A DNA stretch of 64,000 nt, from contig CDROCS010000506.1 of the NCBI GenBank assembly GCA_977020255.1, positions 2,046,001 through 2,110,000 of the forward strand. The letters are read 5' to 3'. The position numbers and the translations under genes are program-made. The notes beneath the pieces were generated by a model, which was given only the letters and a program-made list of their open reading frames with translations, ran no database searches and had not been told where the DNA came from. Shown piece by piece: positions 10,571 through 23,968 of this stretch. The stretch's first letter is position 1. Each line of letters starts with the position of its first letter. The DNA is from Obrimoposthia wandeli (taxonomy: Eukaryota).

Positions 10571-11035
10571 CTACATCTGTGACTGTAAGTAATTATCTAA
10601 ACCTGCATGGCGAATAAGATACTCTTGGCTTTCAACCCAATCGATTTGTTCTTCAACTTCTTCTAATATTTCAGCCGCTATATCACGGCTAATATAATCC
10701 TGACTGTTTTCACATTCAGCAATCAAGGTTTGTAAAACCACGCGTATACTCAGTTCTAATTCCATATTAAGGTGCAGCATTTCCGGCGTATCTTCACCAA
10801 TAGCCAAGCGGCCTAAATCTTGTAAATTAGGTAATCCCTGTAAAAATAAGATCCGATTTATAAACTTATCGGCTTGCTTCATTTTCAAAATAGACTGTTT
10901 ATAATCTGCTTTATCAAGTTGCTCTAGCCCCCAATTTCGGTACATACGAGCATGTAAAAAATACTGATTAATCGCGACTAATTTACAGCCTAATGCTTTA
11001 TTTAACAGTACTATAATCTTGTTGTTGCCTTGCAT
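10571..11035 (-). CDS. bfr: Bacterioferritin, haem-binding subunit (ferroxidase centre degenerate)
   Basis: AINQYFLHARM and RILFLQGLPNLQDLG motifs; Met52 is kept while ferroxidase positions read K18, K51, Q54, E94, V127, Q130. Confidence 0.88.
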   Translation of the reverse strand: MQGNNKIIVLLNKALGCKLVAINQYFLHARMYRNWGLEQLDKADYKQSILKMKQADKFINRILFLQGLPNLQDLGRLAIGEDTPEMLHLNMELELSIRVVLQTLIAECENSQDYISRDIAAEILEEVEEQIDWVESQEYLIRHAGLDNYLQSQM

Positions 11036-11058
11036 AAATAACCCCGAATATGAGTCGG

Positions 11059-11532
11059 TTAAACACCGATATGAGATTGGATATAGTTCGCTAAACTAAT
11101 TTTTTGAATTAAACCTAATTGCTGCTCTAACCAATAAACATGGTCTTCTTCGGTATCTGCAAGTAAAGGCAGTAACACCTGCCGAGTTTGATAGTCGCCT
11201 TCATCTTCACATAACTTAATACTCGCTCTGATGGCTGCGACAACTTCCATTTCCAGTACCAAATCATTTTTGAGCATGCTGGGAACATCATCACCAATAA
11301 GTAAGTCACGGCGATCTTTTAAATTAGGGGTGCCTTCAAGAAATAAAATACGTTTGATCAACGCATCAGCATGCGTTATCTCTTCTTCCATTTCATGATT
11401 CATTTGTTGATAGAGCTTTTCTAAACCCCAGTCTTGATACATACGAGAATGGGTAAAATATTGATCTATCGCAGCGAGCTCATTGTGTAATAAACCATTT
11501 AAGCTGGCGATAACCTGAGTGTTACCTTTCAT
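11059..11532 (-). CDS. bfr: Bacterioferritin, ferroxidase subunit lacking the haem Met (FtnA/BfrA-like)
   Basis: MKGN start at 11532; E18, E51, H54, E94 and EEDH present; position 52 is Ile. Confidence 0.88.
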   Translation of the reverse strand: MKGNTQVIASLNGLLHNELAAIDQYFTHSRMYQDWGLEKLYQQMNHEMEEEITHADALIKRILFLEGTPNLKDRRDLLIGDDVPSMLKNDLVLEMEVVAAIRASIKLCEDEGDYQTRQVLLPLLADTEEDHVYWLEQQLGLIQKISLANYIQSHIGV

Positions 11533-11636
11533 AATTAACTCCAATATACAGATAGTAGAATTAAGCTTAGATAACAATTACAGTTTTACCATTTCAAGAT
11601 GAGGTATTGCAGGCGAGATAACGACAAAGAGGTTAA

Positions 11637-11660
11637 AACAGAGGGCATATACCCTCTGTT
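11637..11660 (-). terminator. Terminator of the small membrane-protein gene
   Basis: AACAGAGGG-CATATA-CCCTCTGTT hairpin with a T run on the minus strand. Confidence 0.65.
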
Positions 11661-11675
11661 ATTACGTCGTATTTA

Positions 11676-11900
11676 TTATTTAGTATCGTCTTTGTGTTCG
11701 GTTTTTTCAGCTTTATGTTCAGCACTGTCTTCTTCGACAAAGTAATCACTTAATTCAACCCAAACTGCGATCCCAACAATGCTTAATACCCCGAGCCAAG
11801 TACCTGTATCGGCAATAGGGACTTCCATAAGCATGATTAGCAAAGAAAAAAAAGCGATTGAAGAATATACTTTTAGTCTGCCACTGGCTTGTAGTAACAT
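11676..11900 (-). CDS. Small hypothetical membrane protein (74 aa)
   Basis: AGGAG 5 nt before ATG 11900, two hydrophobic stretches, charged tail and its own terminator. Confidence 0.6.
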   Translation of the reverse strand: MLLQASGRLKVYSSIAFFSLLIMLMEVPIADTGTWLGVLSIVGIAVWVELSDYFVEEDSAEHKAEKTEHKDDTK

Positions 11901-12054
11901 ACACACTCCTTGTTGATGGTTACTTAACGGCGCAAGATAAGTATCACGCGGTTATTAACAATTTAACAACATAATGGTGATTATCCAATATATAATTACC
12001 GCTACTCATTAATACTAGTCTATTTACGTATATTGACCACATAGAGAAAACCTG

Positions 12055-12303
12055 ATGAACCCATTATTTTCGAATCCAGAACATGAACTAGATGCCCTTG
12101 GTTTACGCTGTCCAGAACCTGTGATGATGGTACGAAAAACAGTAAGAAAACTCGATGATGGCCAGACATTACTGATTATTGCCGACGATCCAGCAACGGT
12201 GCGTGACATTCCTAGCTTTTGTCAGTTTATGGATCACACATTAGTAGCGAGCCAAACCGAGCAGTTACCGTATCAATATCTGATAAAAAAAGGCGTTAAT
12301 TAG
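12055..12303 (+). CDS. tusA: Sulfurtransferase TusA
   Basis: [17 protein letters not shown] and [19 protein letters not shown]. Confidence 0.95.
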   Translation: MNPLFSNPEHELDALGLRCPEPVMMVRKTVRKLDDGQTLLIIADDPATVRDIPSFCQFMDHTLVASQTEQLPYQYLIKKGVN

Positions 12304-12508
12304 TCCGCTTTAAGGCGCGAATATAAAGATAATATATTCGCGTATTCACCTCCTCTGCAGCCACTTTTTTCACCTTAAATTACTGCACTAACCCAAATAG
12401 CTGAAAAAACCGCACTAACCAAGTCAAATTTTGTAATTTATCCTATATTCATATCTGCTCAGCAGGTATACTTTAGCTATTATTTCTTTGCTTTATTGTG
12501 CAGATATC

Positions 12509-13420
12509 ATGTCAAATTATAACGTTAAAACTTTTCAAGGGCTGATCCTAGCACTGCAGGATTACTGGGCTCGTCAAGGTTGTGCGATCGTACAACCATT
12601 CGATATGGAAGTAGGTGCCGGCACCTCTCACCCAATGACGTTTTTACGTTCATTAGGTCCAGAGCCAATGGCTTATGCTTACGTGCAACCATCACGTCGT
12701 CCTACCGATGGCCGTTATGGTGAAAATCCAAACCGTTTACAACACTACTATCAGTTCCAAGTAGTGATCAAACCATCTCCAGCGAACATCCAAGAATTAT
12801 ACTTGGACTCACTGAAAGAAGTTGGCCTTGATCCATTGGTTCACGATATTCGCTTCGTAGAAGATAACTGGGAAAACCCAACATTGGGTGCCTGGGGTCT
12901 AGGTTGGGAAATCTGGCTAAACGGTATGGAAGTATCACAGTTTACTTACTTCCAAGCAGTTGGTGGCCTTGAATGTACACCTGTTACTGGCGAAATGACT
13001 TACGGTCTTGAACGTCTTGCGATGTATATCCAAGAAGTAGACAGCGTATACGATCTAGTATGGACTGATGGTCCACTGGGTGTTGTTAAATACGGTGACA
13101 TTTTCCACCAAAATGAGGTTGAGCAATCAACTTATAACTTCGAACATGCGAATGTTGATTTCCTATTCACTCTATTCGATGAAAGTGAAAAAGAAGCTCA
13201 AAAACTGCTAGATTTAGAAGTGCCGCTACCACTACCAGCATACGAACGTATTCTTGATGCTGGCCATGCATTTAATATGCTAGATGCGCGTCACGCAATC
13301 TCAGTGACTGAGCGTCAACGTTATATTTTACGTATTCGTACCCTTTCTAAAGGTGTTGCTGAAGCGTATTACGCATCTCGTGAAGCGCTAGGCTTCCCGT
13401 TATGTAAAAAAGACAAATAG
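12509..13420 (+). CDS. glyQ: Glycine-tRNA ligase alpha subunit
   Basis: [23 protein letters not shown] and [16 protein letters not shown]; start placed at ATG 12509. Confidence 0.97.
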   Translation: MSNYNVKTFQGLILALQDYWARQGCAIVQPFDMEVGAGTSHPMTFLRSLGPEPMAYAYVQPSRRPTDGRYGENPNRLQHYYQFQVVIKPSPANIQELYLDSLKEVGLDPLVHDIRFVEDNWENPTLGAWGLGWEIWLNGMEVSQFTYFQAVGGLECTPVTGEMTYGLERLAMYIQEVDSVYDLVWTDGPLGVVKYGDIFHQNEVEQSTYNFEHANVDFLFTLFDESEKEAQKLLDLEVPLPLPAYERILDAGHAFNMLDARHAISVTERQRYILRIRTLSKGVAEAYYASREALGFPLCKKDK

Positions 13421-13428
13421 GAAGTAGC

Positions 13429-15501
13429 ATGGCAACTGAAAACTTATTAATCGAGATTGGTACTGAAGAGTTACCACCAAAATCGTTACGTACTTTAGCT
13501 GAAGCATTTGCAGCAAACTTCCAAGCAGAGCTAGAAAAAGCTGGTTTAGAATTTACTGATGTTAACTGGATGGCTGCACCTCGCCGTTTAGCGTTAACAA
13601 TCACAGCACTTGCTGATGCACAAGCTGATAAAGTCATTGAAAAACGCGGTCCTGCTGTTTCTGTTGCATTTGATGCTGACGGCAACGCAACGAAAGCGGC
13701 TCAAGGCTGGGCACGCGGCAACGGTATTACTGTTGAACAAGCTGGCCGAGTAAAAACAGATAAAGGCGAATGGTTACTGCATAAGTCTGAAGTTAAAGGT
13801 AAAGCTACTCAAGCACTTGTTGCTGATATGGTTGCAACCTCTTTAGCTAAACTGCCAGTTAGCAAGCCAATGCGTTGGGGCGATAGCCCGATTCAATTCA
13901 TCCGCCCAGTGCATACAATTACCATGTTATTTGGTGCTGAAGCGCTTGCAGGCGAAATCTTAGGTATTAAAGCGGCGCGTACTATTCGCGGTCACCGTTT
14001 CCTAGGTAAAGGTGATTTTGAATTACCACACGCTGACAACTATGTTGATATGCTTGAAGATCACGGCATGGTAATGGTTGATTACGAACGTCGTAAAGAT
14101 GTTATCCGTAAGCAAGTTATTGCTGCTGCAAGCGAACACGGCGGTGTTGCTGAAATCGAAGAAGACTTACTTGAAGAAGTAACGTCTCTAGTAGAATGGC
14201 CAGTAACATTAGTAGGTAACTTTGAAGAACGTTACCTAGACGTACCAGCGGAAGCTTTGATCTACACGATGAAAGACAACCAAAAGTACTTCCCAATGTT
14301 AAGCACTGACGGCGAGCTTTTACCTAAATTTATCTTTGTTTCAAACATCATCAGTAAAGATGTTCGACAAGTAATTGAAGGTAACGAAAAAGTTGTTCGT
14401 CCACGTTTAGCAGATGCTGAATTCTTCTTTAATACAGATAAGAAACGTACGTTAGAAAGTCGTCTTGCTGACCTAGAGTCTGTTTTATTCCAAAAGCAGC
14501 TAGGTACATTAAAAGAAAAATCACAACGTATTGCAGATTTAGCAGCCGCTATTGCTGGTAAAATTTCAGCAAATACCGAGCATGCACAGCGCGCAGGTCT
14601 ATTAGCTAAAGCTGACTTAATGTCAGACATGGTTGTAGAATTCCCTGACGTTCAAGGTGTTATGGGCATGCACTATGCACGCAACGACGGTGAAGCAGAA
14701 GAAGTGGCAGTTGCACTTAACGAGCAGTACATGCCTCGTTATGCTGGTGACCGCCTACCTGAATCATTAGTTGCTTGCTCAGTAGCACTTGCAGACAAAC
14801 TTGATACGCTAGTTGGTATCTTCGGTATTGGTCAAATCCCTAAAGGTGATAAAGACCCGTTTGCACTTCGTCGTGCTGCGATTGGTACACTACGTATCAT
14901 TATCGAAAAAGACTTACCGTTAGATCTTGTTGATTTAGTTGATACTGCGAAAGCATTATTCGGTGACAAACTATCAAACCAAAATGTATCAACTGATGTT
15001 GTTGCGTTTGTACTTGGTCGTTTCCCTGCATGGTACAGAGATGCTGGTATCAGCGTTGATGTTATCCAAGCAGTACTTGCTCGTCGCCCAACTAAACCAG
15101 CTGATTTTGACAAGCGTGTTAAAGCAGTAAATCACTTCCGTGGTTTAGATGCTTCAGCAACGCTAGCAGCAGCAAACAAACGTGTTGGTAATATCCTGGC
15201 TAAATTTGAAGGTGAACTAAACACTACTGTTGATGCTTCACTACTTCAAGAAGATGCTGAAAAAGCATTAGCTTCTGCAGTAGCAGCTAAAGTTGAATTA
15301 CTTGCGCCATTATTTGCTGCTGGTGATTATCAGCAAGCACTAACAGAGTTATCTGAATTACGTGATGTTGTAGATACATTCTTCGACAACGTAATGGTAA
15401 TGGCTGATGATGAAGCGCTTAAAATTAACCGCTTAACATTGCTTAATACGCTGCGTAATCAATTCTTAAATGTAGCTGATATCTCTGTTCTACAAAAGTA
15501 A
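13429..15501 (+). CDS. glyS: Glycine-tRNA ligase beta subunit
   Basis: [18 protein letters not shown] and DPFALRRAA; follows glyQ. Confidence 0.97.
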   Translation: MATENLLIEIGTEELPPKSLRTLAEAFAANFQAELEKAGLEFTDVNWMAAPRRLALTITALADAQADKVIEKRGPAVSVAFDADGNATKAAQGWARGNGITVEQAGRVKTDKGEWLLHKSEVKGKATQALVADMVATSLAKLPVSKPMRWGDSPIQFIRPVHTITMLFGAEALAGEILGIKAARTIRGHRFLGKGDFELPHADNYVDMLEDHGMVMVDYERRKDVIRKQVIAAASEHGGVAEIEEDLLEEVTSLVEWPVTLVGNFEERYLDVPAEALIYTMKDNQKYFPMLSTDGELLPKFIFVSNIISKDVRQVIEGNEKVVRPRLADAEFFFNTDKKRTLESRLADLESVLFQKQLGTLKEKSQRIADLAAAIAGKISANTEHAQRAGLLAKADLMSDMVVEFPDVQGVMGMHYARNDGEAEEVAVALNEQYMPRYAGDRLPESLVACSVALADKLDTLVGIFGIGQIPKGDKDPFALRRAAIGTLRIIIEKDLPLDLVDLVDTAKALFGDKLSNQNVSTDVVAFVLGRFPAWYRDAGISVDVIQAVLARRPTKPADFDKRVKAVNHFRGLDASATLAAANKRVGNILAKFEGELNTTVDASLLQEDAEKALASAVAAKVELLAPLFAAGDYQQALTELSELRDVVDTFFDNVMVMADDEALKINRLTLLNTLRNQFLNVADISVLQK

Positions 15502-15543
15502 CGTGTTCTACAGAAATAATTGTTAATTTAAAATTGTACGATC

Positions 15544-15576
15544 AAAAAAGCCAGTATCATTGATACTGGCTTTTTT
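15544..15576. terminator. Bidirectional terminator between glyS and viaA
   Basis: A6-GCCAGTATCA-T-TGATACTGGC-T6. Confidence 0.88.
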
Positions 15577-15646
15577 ATTATCTAACTTTTTATGAAAAAA
15601 ATTTTTATTAGCAAATAATCTATCCACATAATACAGCGTAAATAGA

Positions 15647-15662
15647 TGTTCCACGTGGAACA
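15647..15662. other. parS site
   Basis: TGTTCCACGTGGAACA, a perfect palindrome (extends to 20 bp), 4 bp past the viaA stop. Confidence 0.9.
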
Positions 15663-15666
15663 TCGG

Positions 15667-17085
15667 TTATTTTATTTTCTTCAAGCGCCCTGTTAAACCA
15701 GCTGAATAACGCCACACATGATCAAATATATTCATTAACTCCGGATTACCTTGTGAGGATAATGAAATAGCATGATAGCGATTTTGCTTCGTCTTAATTG
15801 CTCTCACTTTATCTGCCACATGAGTTGGCAATTTCTGCGCTATAAAATCAGAAATAACCAAGGTATCGGCATTTTTATATTGCGCTGAGTTCATTAGCTC
15901 AAGCGACTTTTCAATCACAGGTTGCAGGTCTGTACCCCCTCGAAAACTCGACGATAGAAATGTCAGCATCGTCGATAAGCTGGTACTTTTAGTTACCGGG
16001 AAAGTAACCACTTCATTGGAAAACATCATCAAGTAGCACTGGCGGTCCTGTTGGAAAGCGACTTGCAGTAGTGCATAACAAATCGATTTAGCGGTCAGTT
16101 CCGGAAAGCCCTGCATCGAGGTTGAGCTATCAACACAGATAATAAAAGGCCCTCCCGTTTGCTCATCAGCATCGGTAATATCACGATACTGAGTAACTTG
16201 TTTATACTGCTGCAATGCACCTTGATACTGATAAGTTAATAAATGCCGTTCAAGATAGCGCTTATAGAAGATGATCTCTAATTCTGGGAACGTTAAATTA
16301 ACCGCTTCAGTTTGCAACATACGTGATATTTCATCACTGTAAGTCACGCCCTGCATGTCATCTGGTACATTGTCTTGATAGCTATTATCTAACACCCAGG
16401 TTTCATAACTGTTAGGGGTCTCTTCAGGATTAATATGCGCCAATGCCATACGCCCAAGTTCTGTGGCGATTTGTTTTACTTCTTTATTCTTACGTAAATT
16501 AGTCGCATAACGTTGTAATAACTTAGTATCCAGATGCGTCAACTTACCTTTGGCTAAATCCCATAAACGCTCACCGCTACATAACAAATCACTATCAAGC
16601 ACATCTTCTAACTGCTCTATCGTTTCCTCGCGCTCGGCAAGTTCAATCAATAGTTGTTCACGTTGTTCTTCGATTAACAGGCTTTGTTGTTGATATAATT
16701 GCAACTCAATAGCTTGCTGCCAACTATCTAAAAACACCGCAAAGAACACATCATCCGACATCGTCCTATTTTGCTGATAGATAATTAAGCCAGTATCATG
16801 AAATAACGAATCAGATTTTATCTTACTGAGGATCCCTTCTATTTTATTTCTAAAATTAACCGGACTCAATAATCGTGCTGTTTCACATAAATGTATCTCA
16901 TTACTTAAGCCTGGTGGTAATGGCATGTCCGCTAATAAACTCGTGACTTGCTGCTTCCAATCTTTAATATAAGACGATTTAATATCACTCGTTACTCGAT
17001 CATGCGCAGTAATATCCAACACGGCATCATCAACCAGCTGACGCATAGCGATGGTTACTGAGCTGTTATGATGAGGATTAGCCAT
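15667..17085 (-). CDS. viaA: VWA-domain protein ViaA
   Basis: GPFIICVDSSTSM MIDAS motif, FRGGTDL and VISDFIAQ; downstream of ravA. Confidence 0.88.
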   Translation of the reverse strand: MANPHHNSSVTIAMRQLVDDAVLDITAHDRVTSDIKSSYIKDWKQQVTSLLADMPLPPGLSNEIHLCETARLLSPVNFRNKIEGILSKIKSDSLFHDTGLIIYQQNRTMSDDVFFAVFLDSWQQAIELQLYQQQSLLIEEQREQLLIELAEREETIEQLEDVLDSDLLCSGERLWDLAKGKLTHLDTKLLQRYATNLRKNKEVKQIATELGRMALAHINPEETPNSYETWVLDNSYQDNVPDDMQGVTYSDEISRMLQTEAVNLTFPELEIIFYKRYLERHLLTYQYQGALQQYKQVTQYRDITDADEQTGGPFIICVDSSTSMQGFPELTAKSICYALLQVAFQQDRQCYLMMFSNEVVTFPVTKSTSLSTMLTFLSSSFRGGTDLQPVIEKSLELMNSAQYKNADTLVISDFIAQKLPTHVADKVRAIKTKQNRYHAISLSSQGNPELMNIFDHVWRYSAGLTGRLKKIK

Positions 17086-17090
17086 GCCAA

Positions 17091-18710
17091 TTAGCCTTGT
17101 TCAAATAAATGCGCAATGGCATTTAAGCGATTTAATAATGACGCTTTATGCTGAACCAAGTTATTTAACTCTAACGATAATGATCCCAAGCTGCTTGCGA
17201 CATCATCCATAAAGTCATCGCTGACAAAAATGTTATGATTGGTTAAGCTAAACTCGCGCTGACTTTTCTTCAATTTATCAGCAATAGCGGTGATCTCTTT
17301 ATCGATATCAGCTAAGGGTTGTAGCCAGTTTTCGTCAATATTCAACGCGGCATCAGCAATAATAACAGCCACGGGAATACTCTTATTGGCAAAGTTCTGT
17401 ACCTGCAAATGCTGATTCGCATCAACTGAAAAGTTTAACCACACATCGTTACGGTGATCATTCACATAACCTTTGACCAAACAAGAACCTGATTTTATCT
17501 GTTTTTGGAAATCATCAAGACCAACATGCACCCATTTTGCAGTTTCTTGAGAGCCCTGCTCTAATACATCATACTCACCCAATAGTGCAATCTTACATAA
17601 ACCAGGAATACCATTAAGACTAGATGTGCTTACAAACTCACGATCTAATTTATAACGTAGCTTAGTCAGTAATACATCCGAGGTTAAACGTGTCGCAAAG
17701 CGATCGATAAACTCGTCATCAAGTTTAATCAACCGACTCTTGATACTCGCCAATGCCAAGTTCACTTCATCTTGGTCGCAGAATCGCTTACTGGCAAATT
17801 GATGCGTGGCTTCAATAATGACATCACGTGATTCTAGATCGTGCCAAATACAGTCTTTAAGAATAAATAAATCTGTCTCGGTGACTTCATCTCGGCCATT
17901 GAAATAAGCACAGGCTTGCAACAGGCGCATGGATTTCTTCCAGCGGCGATCGGATACGTAAACAATGTTTTCGATCATCTCACCACTAGTATTACGCTGT
18001 TCTAAAAATAATTTAAGCTCGTAGATGATTTCAAAACAATGCTCACTCAAGCGAACTTGATTTATCTCTTGCTGCCAAAGTTCGAACTCATCATTACTCA
18101 CCTTGAAGCTCTTATCGTTTACTTGGCGTAATGGTTTTTGAATTAACATGGCTTTGAAATTACGTTTGTCTTGAATTGGCTCGAGATATAAACGCAATAA
18201 CATACGATCGTATAAAGCCTCTAAACCAGAATCTGCACTAGGCAGTTCATTCGATGCCGAGACGATAACGCGCATTGGTACTTTCTGGTGATCAATACCA
18301 TTATGAAAGGTACGCTCGTTAATCACCGTCAATAACGTATTTAAAATTGCCGGGCCGGCTTTCCAGATCTCATCCAGAAATACCACTTCTGCTTCAGGTA
18401 AGTAACCTTTAGTTAGGCGTACATACTTGCCTTCATCTTTTAGTGCCTTGATTGATAACGGACCAAAAATCTCTTCTGGTGTCGAGAACCGAGTCATTAA
18501 ATATTCGAAGTAACTTTCATCTTCAAAGATTTCAATCATGCGTTTAGCAATCAAACTTTTAGCAATACCAGGTGGGCCTAATAGAAACACACTCTCGCCA
18601 CTCAAGGCAGCTAATAAACATAATCTTATGGCATCTCGGCGTTCATAAATACCATAAGAAAGATGATCTATTAGTGTTTCAATACGTTCTGATAACAAAT
18701 TTCTTTGCAT
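17091..18710 (-). CDS. ravA: MoxR AAA+ ATPase RavA
   Basis: GESVFLLGPPGIAKSLIA, TRFSTPEEIFGPLSI and FLDEIWKAGPAILNTLL; start placed at ATG 18710. Confidence 0.92.
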   Translation of the reverse strand: MQRNLLSERIETLIDHLSYGIYERRDAIRLCLLAALSGESVFLLGPPGIAKSLIAKRMIEIFEDESYFEYLMTRFSTPEEIFGPLSIKALKDEGKYVRLTKGYLPEAEVVFLDEIWKAGPAILNTLLTVINERTFHNGIDHQKVPMRVIVSASNELPSADSGLEALYDRMLLRLYLEPIQDKRNFKAMLIQKPLRQVNDKSFKVSNDEFELWQQEINQVRLSEHCFEIIYELKLFLEQRNTSGEMIENIVYVSDRRWKKSMRLLQACAYFNGRDEVTETDLFILKDCIWHDLESRDVIIEATHQFASKRFCDQDEVNLALASIKSRLIKLDDEFIDRFATRLTSDVLLTKLRYKLDREFVSTSSLNGIPGLCKIALLGEYDVLEQGSQETAKWVHVGLDDFQKQIKSGSCLVKGYVNDHRNDVWLNFSVDANQHLQVQNFANKSIPVAVIIADAALNIDENWLQPLADIDKEITAIADKLKKSQREFSLTNHNIFVSDDFMDDVASSLGSLSLELNNLVQHKASLLNRLNAIAHLFEQG

Positions 18711-18878
18711 AGGAATTAACTCTTTAAAGATTATTATTGTCATATAGGAACTCAACCTTACCTTATCTATCGCGGACAATAAATACATAATGTGTAGACT
18801 ATTTTTTTTGTTATGAGGGATTTATTATTCAGTACGTTTTGCTATAAGCAGAGGTTAAATTATACCTCTTTAAGCTGA

Positions 18879-18894
18879 TGTTCCACGTGGAACA
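18879..18894. other. parS site
   Basis: TGTTCCACGTGGAACA in the ravA-avtA intergenic region. Confidence 0.9.
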
Positions 18895-18925
18895 TTAGAT
18901 CAATAACTCATAGTCAAAGTACATT

Positions 18926-18941
18926 TGTTTCACGTGAAACA
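18926..18941. other. parS site
   Basis: TGTTTCACGTGAAACA, 47 bp from the previous site. Confidence 0.9.
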
Positions 18942-19046
18942 TGGTTATTAAGAAAAGTTAATTTGCCACGCTGGTACTATCGACAACAGCATCAAGTTCC
19001 GTTATGTTGGTTGTTTCCCCCTTAAATAATTACAAGAAGTGCTGAT

Positions 19047-20324
19047 ATGGAATTCTCATTGTTTGGTCAAAGATTTACTAAATTCTCAGGGATCACGCAG
19101 TTAATGCATGATCTAAATGAAGGTATCCGCAGTGGTGATGATGTCATCATGCTCGGTGGCGGTAATCCCGCTCAAATCCCTGAAATGCTGGCGCGATTTA
19201 ACAGTGAAGCACAACAATTATTAAGCAGTGGTGATCTGGTCGCAGCCATGTCGAATTACGATGGCCCACAAGGAAAAAACAGTTTCACCACAGCACTTGC
19301 TGCATTGTTAAATAAAACCTATGGCTGGGAATTAACCGATAAAAATATCGCCCTGACCAATGGTAGCCAAAACGCTTTCTTCTATCTATTCAACTTATTT
19401 GCAGGTGACTTCGCCGACAATAAGAAAAAGAAGGTACTATTCCCATTAGCACCAGAATATATCGGTTATACCGATACTGCGCTCAGTGATGATTTCTTCG
19501 AAACAGTAAAACCTAAAATTGAATTGCTTGATAATGGTTTATTTAAATATCATGTGGATTTTGACAACCTGCATATTACCGATGATATTGGTTTAATCTG
19601 CGTATCACGTCCAACCAATCCGACGGGCAACGTATTAACCGATGAAGAAATGCAGCGTCTTGATGCGTTAGCAAAACAGCACAATATTCCCCTACTGATC
19701 GACAACGCTTATGGCACACCGTTTCCAAATATTATCTTTGAACCAGTCGAGCCGATTTATAACGACAATACTATTTTATGCATGAGCTTATCGAAACTCG
19801 GTTTACCCGGTACGCGTTGCGGTATCGTGATTGGTAATGAGGAAGTAATTTCTGCTATCTCGAATCTAAGCGGTATTATCAATTTAGCACCGGGTAGTTT
19901 AGGGCCTATGCTGGCACAAAGTCTGGTTGAATCAGGTGACATCATTAGCTTAAGTGAAGACGTGATCAAACCGTATTACCATGGTAAAGCATTGCAGGCC
20001 GTTAACTGGTTACAACAAAGCATTACTGATGAACGTTTCCGCATTCATAAACCTGAAGGTGCAATCTTCTTATGGTTATGGTTCAAAGACCTGCCTATCA
20101 GCAGCCAAGAGCTATATGAACGCTTAAAAGCCCGTGGTGTGCTCATCGTATCAGGTCATCACTTCTTTCCTGGTCTCGACGAAGAATGGCGTCATACACA
20201 TGAGTGTATCCGCATGAATTATTCACAACCTGATGATGCCGTACAATCTGGTATCAAAGTGATAGCTGAAGAAGTACAGAAAGCTTACGCTGAGACCATA
20301 GTGATAAGTACAGCGACAGCTTAA
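19047..20324 (+). CDS. avtA: Valine-pyruvate transaminase
   Basis: MEFSLFGQRFT..SGITQLM, LGGGNPA, SRPTNPTGNV and SLSKLGLPGTRCG (PLP lysine). Confidence 0.93.
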   Translation: MEFSLFGQRFTKFSGITQLMHDLNEGIRSGDDVIMLGGGNPAQIPEMLARFNSEAQQLLSSGDLVAAMSNYDGPQGKNSFTTALAALLNKTYGWELTDKNIALTNGSQNAFFYLFNLFAGDFADNKKKKVLFPLAPEYIGYTDTALSDDFFETVKPKIELLDNGLFKYHVDFDNLHITDDIGLICVSRPTNPTGNVLTDEEMQRLDALAKQHNIPLLIDNAYGTPFPNIIFEPVEPIYNDNTILCMSLSKLGLPGTRCGIVIGNEEVISAISNLSGIINLAPGSLGPMLAQSLVESGDIISLSEDVIKPYYHGKALQAVNWLQQSITDERFRIHKPEGAIFLWLWFKDLPISSQELYERLKARGVLIVSGHHFFPGLDEEWRHTHECIRMNYSQPDDAVQSGIKVIAEEVQKAYAETIVISTATA

Positions 20325-20375
20325 TAGATTATAACGATCGCCTAATAATACCAGTACAGGGTAATCTACAGACAC

Positions 20376-20402
20376 AAAAAAGGAGCCGTTAGGCTCCTTT
20401 TT
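20376..20402. terminator. Bidirectional terminator between avtA and gyrB
   Basis: A-run-GGAGCC-GTTA-GGCTCC-T-run. Confidence 0.85.
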
Positions 20403-20434
20403 ATTATGCTAAAAATACATTATCACTCACTAAA

Positions 20435-23961
<3,527 letters not shown>

Positions 23962-23968
23962 CTTAAAC

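Noticed and set aside
15620-15628. CTATCCACA near the first parS as a DnaA box
   Set aside because: A single one-mismatch 9-mer is expected by chance in AT-rich DNA.
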